This document shows positions 63,574 through 64,000 of a stretch of 64,000 bases of DNA, in pieces. The DNA lies in the NCBI RefSeq assembly GCF_963921235.1, contig NC_086108.1, forward strand, positions 34,536,001 to 34,600,000, written 5' to 3'. Each line of letters begins with the position of its first letter. Positions within the stretch are counted from its first letter, which is position 1. A model generated the notes under the pieces. That model was not told the DNA's origin and searched no databases. It was given only the letters and a program-made list of their open reading frames with translations. Source of the DNA: Mobula hypostoma. Taxonomy: Eukaryota. The position numbers were made by a program, and so were the translations under genes.

Positions 63574-64000
63574 ACTTTTTCATTGTGTTCATTGTGGTCA
63601 GCATTTGTAGCCACCTGATGGAAAGGTGATGGTGAGCTGCAAGTGATCCTTCTGGTGAAGGTAGCAGAAGGGGAGTTCCAGCATTTAGATCCAGTGAGGC
63701 TGGCGCATGGCTTGGAGGGAAACCTGTAGGAGGTGGAGTTCGCAAGCTTCTGCTGCCCTTGTCCGCCATGTCACTGGAGGTCACGAGTTTGGACAGTGGT
63801 GCTTGAATACTCTGAGTGAGTAACTATGGAGCATTTTAAATGCTTGCAAAGAGTTCTTTCTTCATTTGGTCTCCATGTTATTGAGCTGCAGGGAGAGTGC
63901 ATGACTAAGGGGACATTCACATCCCACAACAAAGCCTTCCTGGCTACAACTTGGTGGAGGTATGTGCTGAAAAGTGCAACGAAGGCACCAGGGAAAATAT

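Overview
Eukaryotic (vertebrate) non-coding DNA; the repeat repertoire suggests a cartilaginous fish, probably a ray (inference, not a database result). I found no convincing host exon, tRNA, rRNA or CRISPR array. Every recognisable ORF is a transposon fragment. Much of the window is decayed or nested mobile DNA: CR1 LINEs of several subfamilies, Rex1/Babar-type LINEs, Penelope-like elements (PLEs, GIY-YIG), Tx1-like and L1 fragments, a Buster/Charlie hAT transposase fossil, hAT and Harbinger MITEs, solo LTRs, and tRNA-, Deu- and RTE-related SINEs. Main observations: (1) a minimal type-I hammerhead ribozyme motif (CUGACGA-A-stem II-GAAA-CG-UH) at the 3' end of the PLE copies, best preserved at 24202-24241; (2) a ~1.5 kb inverted PLE duplication with a hammerhead on each arm; (3) a CpG-rich, hairpin- and motif-dense unique segment at ~1326-1612; (4) an HDV-ribozyme-like fold at the 5' end of an RTE-related SINE; (5) several composite DNA transposons. 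Boundaries of old elements are approximate.
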